Virus record (IMG/VR): IMGVR_UViG_3300041964_000099
Span: 32,001 to 96,000 of that record
Origin: a virus
DNA length: 64,000 nt
Strand: one strand, 5' to 3'
The translations under genes were made by a program, and so were the position numbers. Each line of letters starts with the position of its first letter. The stretch's first letter is position 1. The notes beneath the pieces were generated by a model that ran no database searches, had not been told where the DNA came from, and saw only the letters and a list, made by a program, of their open reading frames with translations. This document shows positions 17,958 through 26,886 of this stretch, one piece after another.

Positions 17958-18260
17958 GTGATGAAGACGATCGATGTGACTGCCGGTGCAACTTCTGTCC
18001 TGCCTCAAAGCTGGGCAGAAGTTGCACAACAATACAACGTCCACCCCAAAGCAATCGAGCGCGATCGCGCTGCACTCGGTCGCCACAACGACCCGATTAA
18101 TAGAGATTTACTGAAGGAAATTGGCCTGATGCGGCGCTGGCTAGCGTTAGGCAATGGAGGCCGGAGCCGATTTAATCGCCCAAATTTTATTGATTTGAAA
18201 AATAAGGGATTACTTGAAGCCCAACTACAGGCAGCAGAAGCCTGTCAAGCCAGCAAGTAA
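17958..18260 (+). CDS. Small HTH protein (Cro- or excisionase-like)
   Basis: WAEVAQQYNVHPKAIERDRAAL is HTH-like; first gene after the rightward promoter. Confidence 0.55.
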   Translation: MMKTIDVTAGATSVLPQSWAEVAQQYNVHPKAIERDRAALGRHNDPINRDLLKEIGLMRRWLALGNGGRSRFNRPNFIDLKNKGLLEAQLQAAEACQASK

Positions 18261-18277
18261 TTTCAAGCTGTCCGATC

Positions 18278-18919
18278 ATGTCTGAAGGCGTCCTTCAGAC
18301 AGCTTCACCCCAGTTCACCCTAGTTCACAAGGAGTTTGATGAAATGATCACATCCTTACAAACCAGCGCTCAAAATGCTTGCGACTACCGTGAGCGTCTT
18401 GAAATGTTGACAACGGCGATCGAAGAAGACGGTCTATGGGACAACGCAGGCAAGCCAATTCGTTCCGAAGAAATTCGGGCGATCGCTCAAGTAGCCACGG
18501 ACATTACATCTGAGCTGACAAAATACTGCCCTGTGGAAGGCTGGATACCACTTGAGCCAGAAGAATTGAAAAGCCACATGATGAATGCCGCCCAAGAAGT
18601 TTTAGACGGTTATCGCTATTTCAACGGTCGATTACCAGACAGTCATGAGTCTCAAGTCCAAGAGCGAGTTTATTTTCTGCTTGGAAAGGTTAAGCCGCTT
18701 CATGTCCGACTGGCAGATTGGCTCAGCCGCATCAACCCCGCTGTTCTAAAAACACTGGCTGTACTTGTTTTGGCTGTTTTATGTCTCGCGCTTTTTCATC
18801 CTACTGGTCAACCCAGCCCTAGCAGCTTCTCCTCTCAAGTTCAACACCTTGGCAAAAACGCATTGAAAAAATTCTGCGTTACGCCAAATGATGTGCCCTT
18901 GAGCTTTGAACTGGACTAA
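18278..18919 (+). CDS. Membrane-anchored hypothetical protein
   Basis: Helical N-terminus; C-terminal TM segment LAVLVLAVLCLALF. Confidence 0.7.
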   Translation: MSEGVLQTASPQFTLVHKEFDEMITSLQTSAQNACDYRERLEMLTTAIEEDGLWDNAGKPIRSEEIRAIAQVATDITSELTKYCPVEGWIPLEPEELKSHMMNAAQEVLDGYRYFNGRLPDSHESQVQERVYFLLGKVKPLHVRLADWLSRINPAVLKTLAVLVLAVLCLALFHPTGQPSPSSFSSQVQHLGKNALKKFCVTPNDVPLSFELD

Positions 18920-18989
18920 ACCAGTCTGAAGCTGTCCAAATCCTCTGATGTCACCCACTTCACTTCGTTCCACTATCTACCGTTAAGTC

Positions 18990-19655
18990 ATGACAGGTTT
19001 TCAAACATTTTCAGCTCAACAAATCTACGCTGCACATCGCATCCTCGCCAAGGATGTCGAAGCGATCGCCGAATACCTGGGATTTGCCGAATCTCGGTTT
19101 AGCAATCTGCAAGTAGAGCAAATTATCAAATTTGTAAAGGAGGCAAAGCAACACGGCAAAACGATCAACCAGTTCATCGCGAGTCTGAAGTCTGCACAGG
19201 CAGAACAGGCAGAACAGCCACAACAAGAAGTGACGCCGGACTTTGGCGGCGACCAGCCAGCCGTAAGCACTGAGTCAGCCCTTGCAAAAGTTCATTTGCA
19301 ATCGAGACAGGATGCACTGCTCGCAGGAGTTGGCGCACAGCTTCAGGAATTCAAAGATTTTGGCAAAGGCAAGCAACTGGTCGTAGAGCTGCTGAATGGC
19401 GATCGCGTTCCTGCCAGCGAATTAGAGCAAGCCATTCTCGATAATGCAAAAGCTTCACTGGCAGCAGCAGCTAAGGGTTTTAACTCTTTTTTGTCGCGCG
19501 ACGGGGGGAAGCTGCAATTTATGACAGCGGATACCCAGCCGCTGACGCTGACAGATGCGATTCAGGCGCACCTCGATCGAAACAACCTCAAGTTGGCAGC
19601 TCTACCAGCAGACCAAACAGTAGATGTCCAAAGCCTGCCCGCAGCAGCCCTATAA
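18990..19655 (+). CDS. Hypothetical protein (N-terminal HTH-like, Ala/Gln-rich)
   Basis: VEAIAEYLGFA segment; 221 aa. Confidence 0.65.
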   Translation: MTGFQTFSAQQIYAAHRILAKDVEAIAEYLGFAESRFSNLQVEQIIKFVKEAKQHGKTINQFIASLKSAQAEQAEQPQQEVTPDFGGDQPAVSTESALAKVHLQSRQDALLAGVGAQLQEFKDFGKGKQLVVELLNGDRVPASELEQAILDNAKASLAAAAKGFNSFLSRDGGKLQFMTADTQPLTLTDAIQAHLDRNNLKLAALPADQTVDVQSLPAAAL

Positions 19656-19672
19656 GCAGAGAGACCGCCCCG

Positions 19673-20374
19673 ATGAAACCCAACTGGATAGGTTCTCTTC
19701 CCCCCTCAGTTTCACGCCCGTTGTGTGGCGTGGTTTTGGCCGTGGCCTGCATCGGTGGCGGCCTGGAACTTGCAAAGCAAGCCTTTGGGCTTGACGTTCC
19801 GCCGTTGAAGCAGACGGCAGTTCCAATTGCTGCAACCGGCCTGTTTGTAGGCATTTGGTTTTCGACCGAGAAAAATCCTTCAGAAGAATTCGTTTCTTCT
19901 GAAGAAGCTGCGGCTGCTCCACCCTCCCCAACCGGCTCGCCGGATGAAAATACTCGTGCGATCGATCTGTACGTGGGATGGGCCAACACGCTGCCAGAGG
20001 ATCGAGCCGTTCAAGCGATCGATCGACTGGCTCAAGTTGCTGCAATGCGTGAGGAAATTAAAAAGCAGCCGTTGCCGCAACAGACACGCCTGTATGGGGA
20101 AATGCCCTGGCAGACGGTCGATCGATTTGTCGTGCCACAGCAAGCCGAACTGCCACCGGCTTCAGCCCCAGCAATCACTTCCCCTGTACGTGAGGAAAAA
20201 ATCAATGAACCTGTTAATCGAAGTTCAGCAGCAGCGCCCACAAGTCCTCAGTCCTTCCGGCTCGAAGAACCTTGCGGCGCGGCCTCAAATGGTTCAACTC
20301 CAGCCTCAAGCGCACAAAAGTTTGAAGCCGTCTTCAACTCAGATACTTGGGCTGATGAGTCGATACCCGTCTAA
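19673..20374 (+). CDS. Two-TM membrane protein with Pro-rich tail
   Basis: Hydrophobic segments LCGVVLAVACIGGGL and AVPIAATGLFVGIWF. Confidence 0.7.
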   Translation: MKPNWIGSLPPSVSRPLCGVVLAVACIGGGLELAKQAFGLDVPPLKQTAVPIAATGLFVGIWFSTEKNPSEEFVSSEEAAAAPPSPTGSPDENTRAIDLYVGWANTLPEDRAVQAIDRLAQVAAMREEIKKQPLPQQTRLYGEMPWQTVDRFVVPQQAELPPASAPAITSPVREEKINEPVNRSSAAAPTSPQSFRLEEPCGAASNGSTPASSAQKFEAVFNSDTWADESIPV

Positions 20375-21207
20375 GCGATCATTCCACCGCTGGGGGTTTC
20401 GCATTGGAGCGCTGGCGATCGCCTTGTGTGCGATCATCCTGCCCAGCTTGAGCGGAACTCATGCAATGGCCGCTGAGCCAAATTCAACAAAACTCGTCAG
20501 TTGAGATCGAGGTAGGGATGCAAATTGAACTAAGAAATGTAGGGAGCATTGTTTTCAACACGGGCGCAGAAAATCAAACTGTCTGGCCTGAAATGAGAGC
20601 GCAATTAGAGCCAGCGCCCTCACCATTGCCATCCCTACCCGCTGCATCTCAAAAGCAAATTGCTGCTTCAGACACATCGCCGCCATCAGCGGCGATCGTT
20701 CCCGCTCCTGCCGGGAAAATCGTTCAACCGCTGCCAACGCCGATTCCAACTCGGCCAGTCGTGCCGATGCAGCCGCCAACGCCACCACCGAGCGTTTTGG
20801 CGTTCCGCGCTGCCAAGCAGCGGCAGCAGATGCAAACTTTTTTGCCGCCACCACCGGCAAGTTTGCAGTTGCCGCCACCGCCCGCAAGCTTGGAGCAGTT
20901 GCAATTAGAACCAGAAAATGTAGAGGAAGAAAATAGCAATTCTTTCTGGTTTGGATTTCTGGATTCTTTTATTGACATTTCACTCATAGTTTTAACCATC
21001 TTGCTAGCTGGCGTAATGGCAATGCGATGGTATGAGGAAAGATCCCAGCCTGAATCGCAAACTCCGGCTCCAACTTCAACGCCACGACCCCAACGCCGAC
21101 CCCAACGCCGACGCCCAACGCCGACCCCAACTTCAACGCCAACCCCTGCGGCTGGCTCTCAGCCTGTTCCAGTTCCAGCAATCCCAATTCCGCAAGGAAG
21201 ACAATGA
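20355..21207 (+). CDS. Secreted/anchored Pro-rich membrane protein (frameshifted in this sequence)
   Basis: Sec-type signal peptide MSRYPSKR..ALAIALCAIILPSLSGTHAMA/AEP in one frame; removing one A from A4 at 20489-20492 joins it to ORF 20461-21207 (Pro-rich stalk, TM ISLIVLTILLAGVMAM, PT repeats). Confidence 0.6.
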
Positions 21208-21680
21208 CCATCAATCCACCTGATGAATGGCGAGAGTGGACAAACACAGTGCATGTCTACAATGAGCCTGTCCCAGAAGAATCGCCAAATCCGCAGCAGA
21301 ACCCTGAAAATAACGCGAAGCCCATTGCGATCGCGATTACTACCTTTCAGTGGCGAGCGATTTTTATGGAAACGTTTTTCTATGCCACAACAGCTTTTGT
21401 CGCGTTCTGGGTGATAGAGAAATTTCTAGGTTTCCTGCTGACTGCTGCCATTGTCTTGATGTCCGTGGCGCTGGCCGCCGCGTTCCTAGTGTATTGCCAT
21501 CGCAGCGGGCCGCTGATTGTGCGAGCCGTGCGGCTTAGCCAGCTTTCTCAGACAGTGAACCTGCGCAGAGACTGGGATGAGTCTATCCATCTCCTGTACC
21601 AGGTCGCCGCGCAATTCGTTTTCCTGTGCGAATTGGCGATCGCCCTGGCAATTGCCTTAAGTTTGACAATTTTGTTGTGA
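21204..21680 (+). CDS. Multi-pass membrane protein
   Basis: About three hydrophobic segments; ATGA coupling to the upstream gene. Confidence 0.7.
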   Translation: MTINPPDEWREWTNTVHVYNEPVPEESPNPQQNPENNAKPIAIAITTFQWRAIFMETFFYATTAFVAFWVIEKFLGFLLTAAIVLMSVALAAAFLVYCHRSGPLIVRAVRLSQLSQTVNLRRDWDESIHLLYQVAAQFVFLCELAIALAIALSLTILL

Positions 21681-21686
21681 AGTGAA

Positions 21687-23240
21687 ATGCTGGCCCGATC
21701 GCTAAATGCAAGTGAGCAAAGATGGCTGTATGAAGCTGTTCAATATGCTTTGGCAACAAAGCAGACGCCAAAAAACTTTGAAGCGCTGTTAGTTGACAGC
21801 TTTCCAGAAGAGTTGCTGCCACAAGCCAAAGCGCTTTCAGTTCAGCATTATCAACACATTGTTAGCACTCAGCCGCAGTTAGTTGCTAATCCAGAGACTC
21901 CATATGAACCCCCCCTAGAAAATCAGCCGCCTGCACATAGCGCTTCTGATTCTGAACCTGTTTATGAACCAGTCTATGAGCCGCAGACTGAAGAAAGTTA
22001 TCAGCAGTACACCACAACTACAACGACAGCGCCCGCAGATGCAGCAGAACCCGATCCGCGTCCCTACTCAGAACCATTCCCGTTAGACCGCAATCCGACG
22101 CGAGAGGAACTTGAGGCAAAGGGGCAAGAACTGCTGTGGATTTGTCGCCGCCGTCGCGCTTCTTGTCTGCCGGTGAACCTTCTCAACAGCGCTCGGTTCT
22201 ATGAATTTCAGATTGTGCCAGACATAGAACAAAACGTTGCCGTTGACGCAGTTATGAAGCTGCAACAAGATTTTATTGTTCATGCTGGCCTTCCCCAATC
22301 GACCTTGCTAGAGCGGCAGTCTGGCTCAATCGGGATTCAAGTGCCAAAAGTGGAATGGGAGCCGCTGCGCTTCCTCAATCACTTTACGCCCAAAGTTATG
22401 CCGCCACAGCCAGAGCTGCCCCTCACGGCCTACATTGGCTTGGATAAAAGGCTGGAATGGATTAAGCAAAGAATTTTAGGAGTGGCGCTAGGTGGTGCGT
22501 TTGAAAGCGGCAAAAGCTGCTGGATCAAGCAAGTTGTTTTGTCGCTGATGGCAAGTCGCAACCCCAATGATTTCAAGGTCATCTTCGTTGATGTCAAGCC
22601 TGAAGGCTATGACATCTTCGATCGATCGCCCTGGTCGCTGGGATGCGACGATTTCTTGTCAACTGAGAGCAACAAATTAGATTGCTTGAGAGCAAAATGC
22701 TCAATTAAAGACCCAGGAGATTTTTACACTTTTCTGCAACTGGCCCTAATAGAAGGGGCTGAACGACAAACGTTGTTTCGCGCACACGGAACAAACAACC
22801 TCTTGGATTTCAACCAGGTGCAGCCGAACATGGCGCTGCCACAGATCCTCGTGATTGTTGATGAAACAGGAATGACGCTCGGCTCACCTGGCAGTAGTTG
22901 GCGCAAAAAAATTGGCCCGCTCTCGATCCAAGCTGTCAAAGCGCTGCGATCGTCAGGGTTCTGCTGGGTTTTTGGTGATCAGCGTCCGGCCAATCGGGTC
23001 ATCCCCGAAGACGTTGACACCAACCTGACGCTGCGAATTGGTTTTCAGGTTGGGGATAAAAATGACAGCGAAATTGTTTTAGGCCGGGGCTACCCCCAAG
23101 CCATGTATTTGCGAGGGCATGGTGATGGCTTTTGTCGCAGTGGCGGGGAATTGCAGCGCTTTCAATCTGCGCTAGTCAAGGACTCTGACATCCTCTCATT
23201 CCTGAGATGGAGCACTCAAAAATATCGAAATTTAGGCTAA
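21687..23240 (+). CDS. FtsK/SpoIIIE-family P-loop ATPase (DNA translocase-like)
   Basis: Walker A GAFESGKS, IFVDVK, Walker B LVIVDE, DQRP, RIGFQV..DSEIVLG, YLRGHGDG; no N-terminal TM or C-terminal gamma domain seen. Confidence 0.85.
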   Translation: MLARSLNASEQRWLYEAVQYALATKQTPKNFEALLVDSFPEELLPQAKALSVQHYQHIVSTQPQLVANPETPYEPPLENQPPAHSASDSEPVYEPVYEPQTEESYQQYTTTTTTAPADAAEPDPRPYSEPFPLDRNPTREELEAKGQELLWICRRRRASCLPVNLLNSARFYEFQIVPDIEQNVAVDAVMKLQQDFIVHAGLPQSTLLERQSGSIGIQVPKVEWEPLRFLNHFTPKVMPPQPELPLTAYIGLDKRLEWIKQRILGVALGGAFESGKSCWIKQVVLSLMASRNPNDFKVIFVDVKPEGYDIFDRSPWSLGCDDFLSTESNKLDCLRAKCSIKDPGDFYTFLQLALIEGAERQTLFRAHGTNNLLDFNQVQPNMALPQILVIVDETGMTLGSPGSSWRKKIGPLSIQAVKALRSSGFCWVFGDQRPANRVIPEDVDTNLTLRIGFQVGDKNDSEIVLGRGYPQAMYLRGHGDGFCRSGGELQRFQSALVKDSDILSFLRWSTQKYRNLG

Positions 23241-24181
23241 TGAACAAAGTATCGCGACGAAGATTTCTGCGTATTGGTGGCGCTTCAGTAATCGGGCTAA
23301 CAGCCTTCACTGAAGCTGAAACTTTGCAGCCGCAGGAAGAATCAATCAGCAGTTCTGTGCCGCTCGACGCGCACGAGCAATCGCTATTAGTCCCTCTAAA
23401 TCAACCTGTTGCTTCGCCTGCTGCGGCCAGGTCGCCCGCTGCCCCTGCGCCTGCGCCGCGATCGCCCACGACGCCACCCCCACCCCCACCAGGCAGTGAA
23501 TTTCGGCGACAAGGGAGGCGCGTTGTGCCTGTGGTCGATAACGATCGACCACAGGCGCGATCCTATACTCCGGCCAAAGGCATGACGCCAGAGATTGAAA
23601 GTCGGGTTTGGGCCGCCTTCCAGCGGGTAATTATGTTCGCCGAAGGAACCTGGTATCGGGGCAGCCCGCATAACGGTTACTTAATCATGTACACAGGCAA
23701 AAATATCAGAGATATCCTGCCGAACTTTCAATATGAAAAGCATCCCTATTTCCTAGTGCCAGCAAATCGCCGCAGCTCTGTAATACCCTGTGGCCTGATT
23801 AAAGGCAGGCGTGTGTGTAGCTGGGCCAGCGGTATTGGGCAGTTTATGCCCGATACGTGGACGGAGTTTTGGCACAAATATCCCAAAGTTTGGTTTCAGT
23901 CGATTCCAGAATTTGGAGCGCAAAATCAAGACCGCATGATCCAAATCCTCGCCGGAGAGTGCGGCGCGTATTGGGCGCTGATGCGCGGCGTGGCGATCGC
24001 TGCTGGCAAAGCAGAGGTGAACCGCGATAATTTGCGCACAGCCATTGTCAAGGCCAGTCCAACTTGGGCTGGTTTGCCAAATTGGTTAGACGAAAGTGCC
24101 CTTGATCAGAATGCTAAGCCGATGGCGGAGCTGGAGAGACTGTTTTATCGTGAACTCAATGATTTACAGCGAGCAGTTTGA
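23240..24181 (+). CDS. Lambda-R-like lysozyme/lytic transglycosylase with twin-arginine (Tat) signal
   Basis: ATG overlaps the FtsK stop (TAATG); SRRRFLR plus a hydrophobic stretch; Pro linker; FAEGT catalytic Glu, GY..M, HP, SxASGxGQF..TW, F..QNQD. Confidence 0.75.
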   Translation: MNKVSRRRFLRIGGASVIGLTAFTEAETLQPQEESISSSVPLDAHEQSLLVPLNQPVASPAAARSPAAPAPAPRSPTTPPPPPPGSEFRRQGRRVVPVVDNDRPQARSYTPAKGMTPEIESRVWAAFQRVIMFAEGTWYRGSPHNGYLIMYTGKNIRDILPNFQYEKHPYFLVPANRRSSVIPCGLIKGRRVCSWASGIGQFMPDTWTEFWHKYPKVWFQSIPEFGAQNQDRMIQILAGECGAYWALMRGVAIAAGKAEVNRDNLRTAIVKASPTWAGLPNWLDESALDQNAKPMAELERLFYRELNDLQRAV

Positions 24182-24678
24182 TGTCTAGAGGCGTTGATGC
24201 GTTTTGGTATAACGCTAGAACAGTTGCACTAATCAGCGCCGCCTTTGCGACGATGGGCGCGACGATCGCGTTGACCTACCTGAGCTGGTGGCTTGCCCTT
24301 TCGACCGTCTTGTGGCTGTGGCTGGTTTGGGCGATCGGTGTTGGCTGCGGTTTGATGCTTGCAATTCGGCTGCATCATCTTCGCTCTAGAGCCTCACCAG
24401 CCTCGATCGCGCAACCTAAGCTGGTAACAGACGCTCAGCCAGTCCAAAGGGTCTCTGACTCGCTTCCGACCCCACCCAGGCACGTTTTACGCTCAGCGAT
24501 CGCAGAGCTGACTGAAAAAGCAATCAGCCTCGAAGGGTTCTGCGTCTATTGCCAAGCGTCGGCTCAAGACTTGCTCGATCGCCCCTACGATCCGAGCCTA
24601 CACGCTGAAGACTGCCCGATCCCAATCGCGCACAAGCTAGTGCAACTGGAGGCCCAAGCCACCCATAAACAAAACTAA
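24178..24678 (+). CDS. Two-TM membrane protein with C-terminal CxxC...HxxxC metal site
   Basis: Hydrophobic residues ~15-62; FCVYC...HAEDC; coupled to the lysozyme stop. Confidence 0.65.
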   Translation: MMSRGVDAFWYNARTVALISAAFATMGATIALTYLSWWLALSTVLWLWLVWAIGVGCGLMLAIRLHHLRSRASPASIAQPKLVTDAQPVQRVSDSLPTPPRHVLRSAIAELTEKAISLEGFCVYCQASAQDLLDRPYDPSLHAEDCPIPIAHKLVQLEAQATHKQN

Positions 24679-24711
24679 GTGATTGATATTTGTTAGAAAG
24701 TATGTAAACCT

Positions 24712-24954
24712 TTGATCGATCCCGATTCCAGGATTCAGGCCATGATTACTGCCTCCTCCCTCTTAGATCCTCCGCCCATCGAAGCTGACAACATCAGTGA
24801 TAACGAAAATAGCGAAACCAATGTTTCACTATCCGTCGATGTGCCACCAAATGTACGCACGCGAATTCGGATTCAAGCAGCTCTTAAAAATGAGCCAATA
24901 AGAAACGTTGTCATTCGATATTTAGAGCAAGGACTTTCAGCCGACGAAGGCTAG
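24712..24954 (+). CDS. Ribbon-helix-helix (CopG/ParG-like) protein
   Basis: VSLSVDVPPNVRTRIRIQAALKNEPIRNVVIRYLEQGL fits the beta-strand/helix/helix pattern. Confidence 0.65.
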   Translation: MIDPDSRIQAMITASSLLDPPPIEADNISDNENSETNVSLSVDVPPNVRTRIRIQAALKNEPIRNVVIRYLEQGLSADEG

Positions 24955-25425
24955 ACAATAAAACCTCGCCGCCCGATCGCTGAAACCCAGACCAAGGGCG
25001 CTCTACCGATGTCACCCAGGTAGAAGCGCACACAGCAAAAAAACCGCTTTGTGGGCTTCTGCCCTTAAGCTCGAAAAACTCAAAAGTAAAAGACGGCCCT
25101 TCCCCTGATGTCACCCAGTCGCAAGGCCGCCTATCGGTTCCTTTCACTTTGAAACCATGACTAACACCTTAGCCGATCCAAACGGAATCGAGCAAGGAAC
25201 GCAGCTACGCAAAATGGCTGAATTCCTTGCTGTACATAGAAAAAAAAATTTTTTCTATCGCAAAAACCTTCAAAGACCCTTGACACCGTATGTAGGTAGT
25301 CAGGGCTTGAAGGTTTCTTTTTTTAAGAATTCCTTTCGAGTGCTGCTGATACATTACGGCGTCAAGTGTTCTTCAGGAACATTATTGCAGCAAACGGCGT
25401 GCATTCGCGGGCCATAGGACAGTAA

Positions 25426-25459
25426 AAGGCCACCGTTGTCATCACACAACGGTGGCCTT
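25426..25459 (+). terminator. 14-bp stem hairpin with downstream T-rich tract
   Basis: AAGGCCACCGTTGT-CATCAC-ACAACGGTGGCCTT followed by CGCTTTTCTT. Confidence 0.6.
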
Positions 25460-25514
25460 CGCTTTTCTTGTCTCAAGTCATTCAGTATCCAGTCATCACA
25501 GAAGGAGAACCAGC

Positions 25515-25910
25515 ATGGCTCATGCTGACGCTGCCACGTCTCATTGTCCAAATATAGCAACAGTTTGTAAACTCCCCCGCAAATCCAAAGGGCTTAGGGT
25601 GCAACAAGCGGCTGAACCGCCCAAAAAGCGCACCCTAAACGCTGCCGTACTGCTGAGAGATGCCGCCACACTGCCTGACGCCGAAATTGAATCTCTGATC
25701 GAAGCGCTGCACGGGCTGCTCGATGCTCGAAAGCTCGAAGCTGAACCAGAGCCTGAGTCCGGTGGCGATCGCCAAAGCACAGCCAGCAAGGGGCAAGGCG
25801 GTCACTTTGTTCGGAAAATGATCAACAACTGCGGCCCCTATCAATATCTGCGCTTCCGCAGTGGGGGAAAATACCGCTCTGTCTACCTTGGCAAAGCTAA
25901 GGAGGCGTGA
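25515..25910 (+). CDS. Hypothetical protein with C-terminal GPYxYLR..GKYRSVYLGK motif (probable nucleic-acid binding)
   Basis: AAGGAG RBS before the ATG at 25515; motif I recall from cyanobacterial mobile elements. Confidence 0.6.
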   Translation: MAHADAATSHCPNIATVCKLPRKSKGLRVQQAAEPPKKRTLNAAVLLRDAATLPDAEIESLIEALHGLLDARKLEAEPEPESGGDRQSTASKGQGGHFVRKMINNCGPYQYLRFRSGGKYRSVYLGKAKEA

Positions 25911-26308
25911 TGGAGAAGCCAGAACGTGATGAAGTGCAAACGGCACTAGCAATTGTTAAGCTGCATCCCGGCATCACGCGAGAGTCGCTGGCCGTCCAGC
26001 TCGGCTATACCCCAACGATCGAGCGGGCTGGGCGCGATGGCCGAATTCCTCGCGCAAAGATCACCCGAATTGTTGAAATCCTGAAGCAAAAACATAAGGT
26101 TCAAATCGTTGAACCAAAATTCAAGGATTCTCACGCTCAGCTTCGGCTGTACGCCCACGGCGCAAAAATTCCGCAGCCCAAACCGATATTTCAAAGCAGG
26201 GTTGAACCTGCCTGCAATGTCTATGTTGACCCTGCAATTAAAGGGAGCTGGAAGCCGCCGAACTCCTCACGCCAACGCCAACAAATCAATCACAGGAGAC
26301 AAGCATAA
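25907..26308 (+). CDS. Winged-HTH-like hypothetical protein
   Basis: HPGITRESLAVQLGY pattern; overlaps both neighbours. Confidence 0.55.
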   Translation: MMEKPERDEVQTALAIVKLHPGITRESLAVQLGYTPTIERAGRDGRIPRAKITRIVEILKQKHKVQIVEPKFKDSHAQLRLYAHGAKIPQPKPIFQSRVEPACNVYVDPAIKGSWKPPNSSRQRQQINHRRQA

Positions 26309-26769
26309 TGCGCGGAATTTTATGGGCTGTACTGGTTCAACCAGAGCAACTGGAAATCGATCGACGCTATCCTTGCGGCGATCCCCACCACATCACCCTG
26401 AAATATGATGTTGAGCTTGGCAGAATTGAGGCGCTGAATTGTCTGGGCACAGAGTTTGACGCGATCGTTTGGGCTGAAGCTGCTAACAATCGCATTCAAG
26501 CTTTGCAGGTAAAAGTGCCTGGTTTTATTCCTTCAGAGAATCCGTTCCCGCACATTACGGTGAGCTACATCGAAGGAGTTGAGCCATGCGAATCCAACCA
26601 AATGTTGGCGGACTATGCAAGTAATCCGGCGCTCAAAGCGATGGCTGAGGCTCGCGGCCAAATCCGCTTTTTTGACAAGTCGCGAATTGTGAAATGCCGA
26701 ATTGAGTTTCAGGAATTTCCTCCAACTGAAACTAATGCGATCGAATTTCAAACAGATATTTGCTCTTAA
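26308..26769 (+). CDS. 2H phosphoesterase-family protein
   Basis: Two HxT motifs, PHHITL and PHITVS, about 60 aa apart. Confidence 0.65.
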   Translation: MRGILWAVLVQPEQLEIDRRYPCGDPHHITLKYDVELGRIEALNCLGTEFDAIVWAEAANNRIQALQVKVPGFIPSENPFPHITVSYIEGVEPCESNQMLADYASNPALKAMAEARGQIRFFDKSRIVKCRIEFQEFPPTETNAIEFQTDICS

Positions 26770-26776
26770 AGAAAAA

Positions 26777-26806
26777 CCCCAGTAGTCCTGGCCGGGATTA
26801 CTGGGG
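26777..26806. terminator. GC-rich hairpin upstream of the initiator gene
   Basis: CCCCAGTAGTCC...GGATTACTGGGG (one G-T pair), preceded by an A-tract. Confidence 0.45.
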
Positions 26807-26886
26807 CCACAGAACTATCAAATCAAGATCATGACACAAACCAGCTTGAAACTGCTTCCGCACAGCCTGACGGCGAGGAGCAGGAA

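Noticed and set aside
19760-24000. Poly-proline and GC-rich low-complexity stretches as independent DNA repeats
   Set aside because: Explained by Pro-rich linkers in the encoded membrane and secreted proteins.
25157-25417. 86-aa ORF containing A9, T6 and T7 runs
   Set aside because: No RBS or recognisable motif, and the homopolymers make the frame unreliable, so it was not called as a gene.
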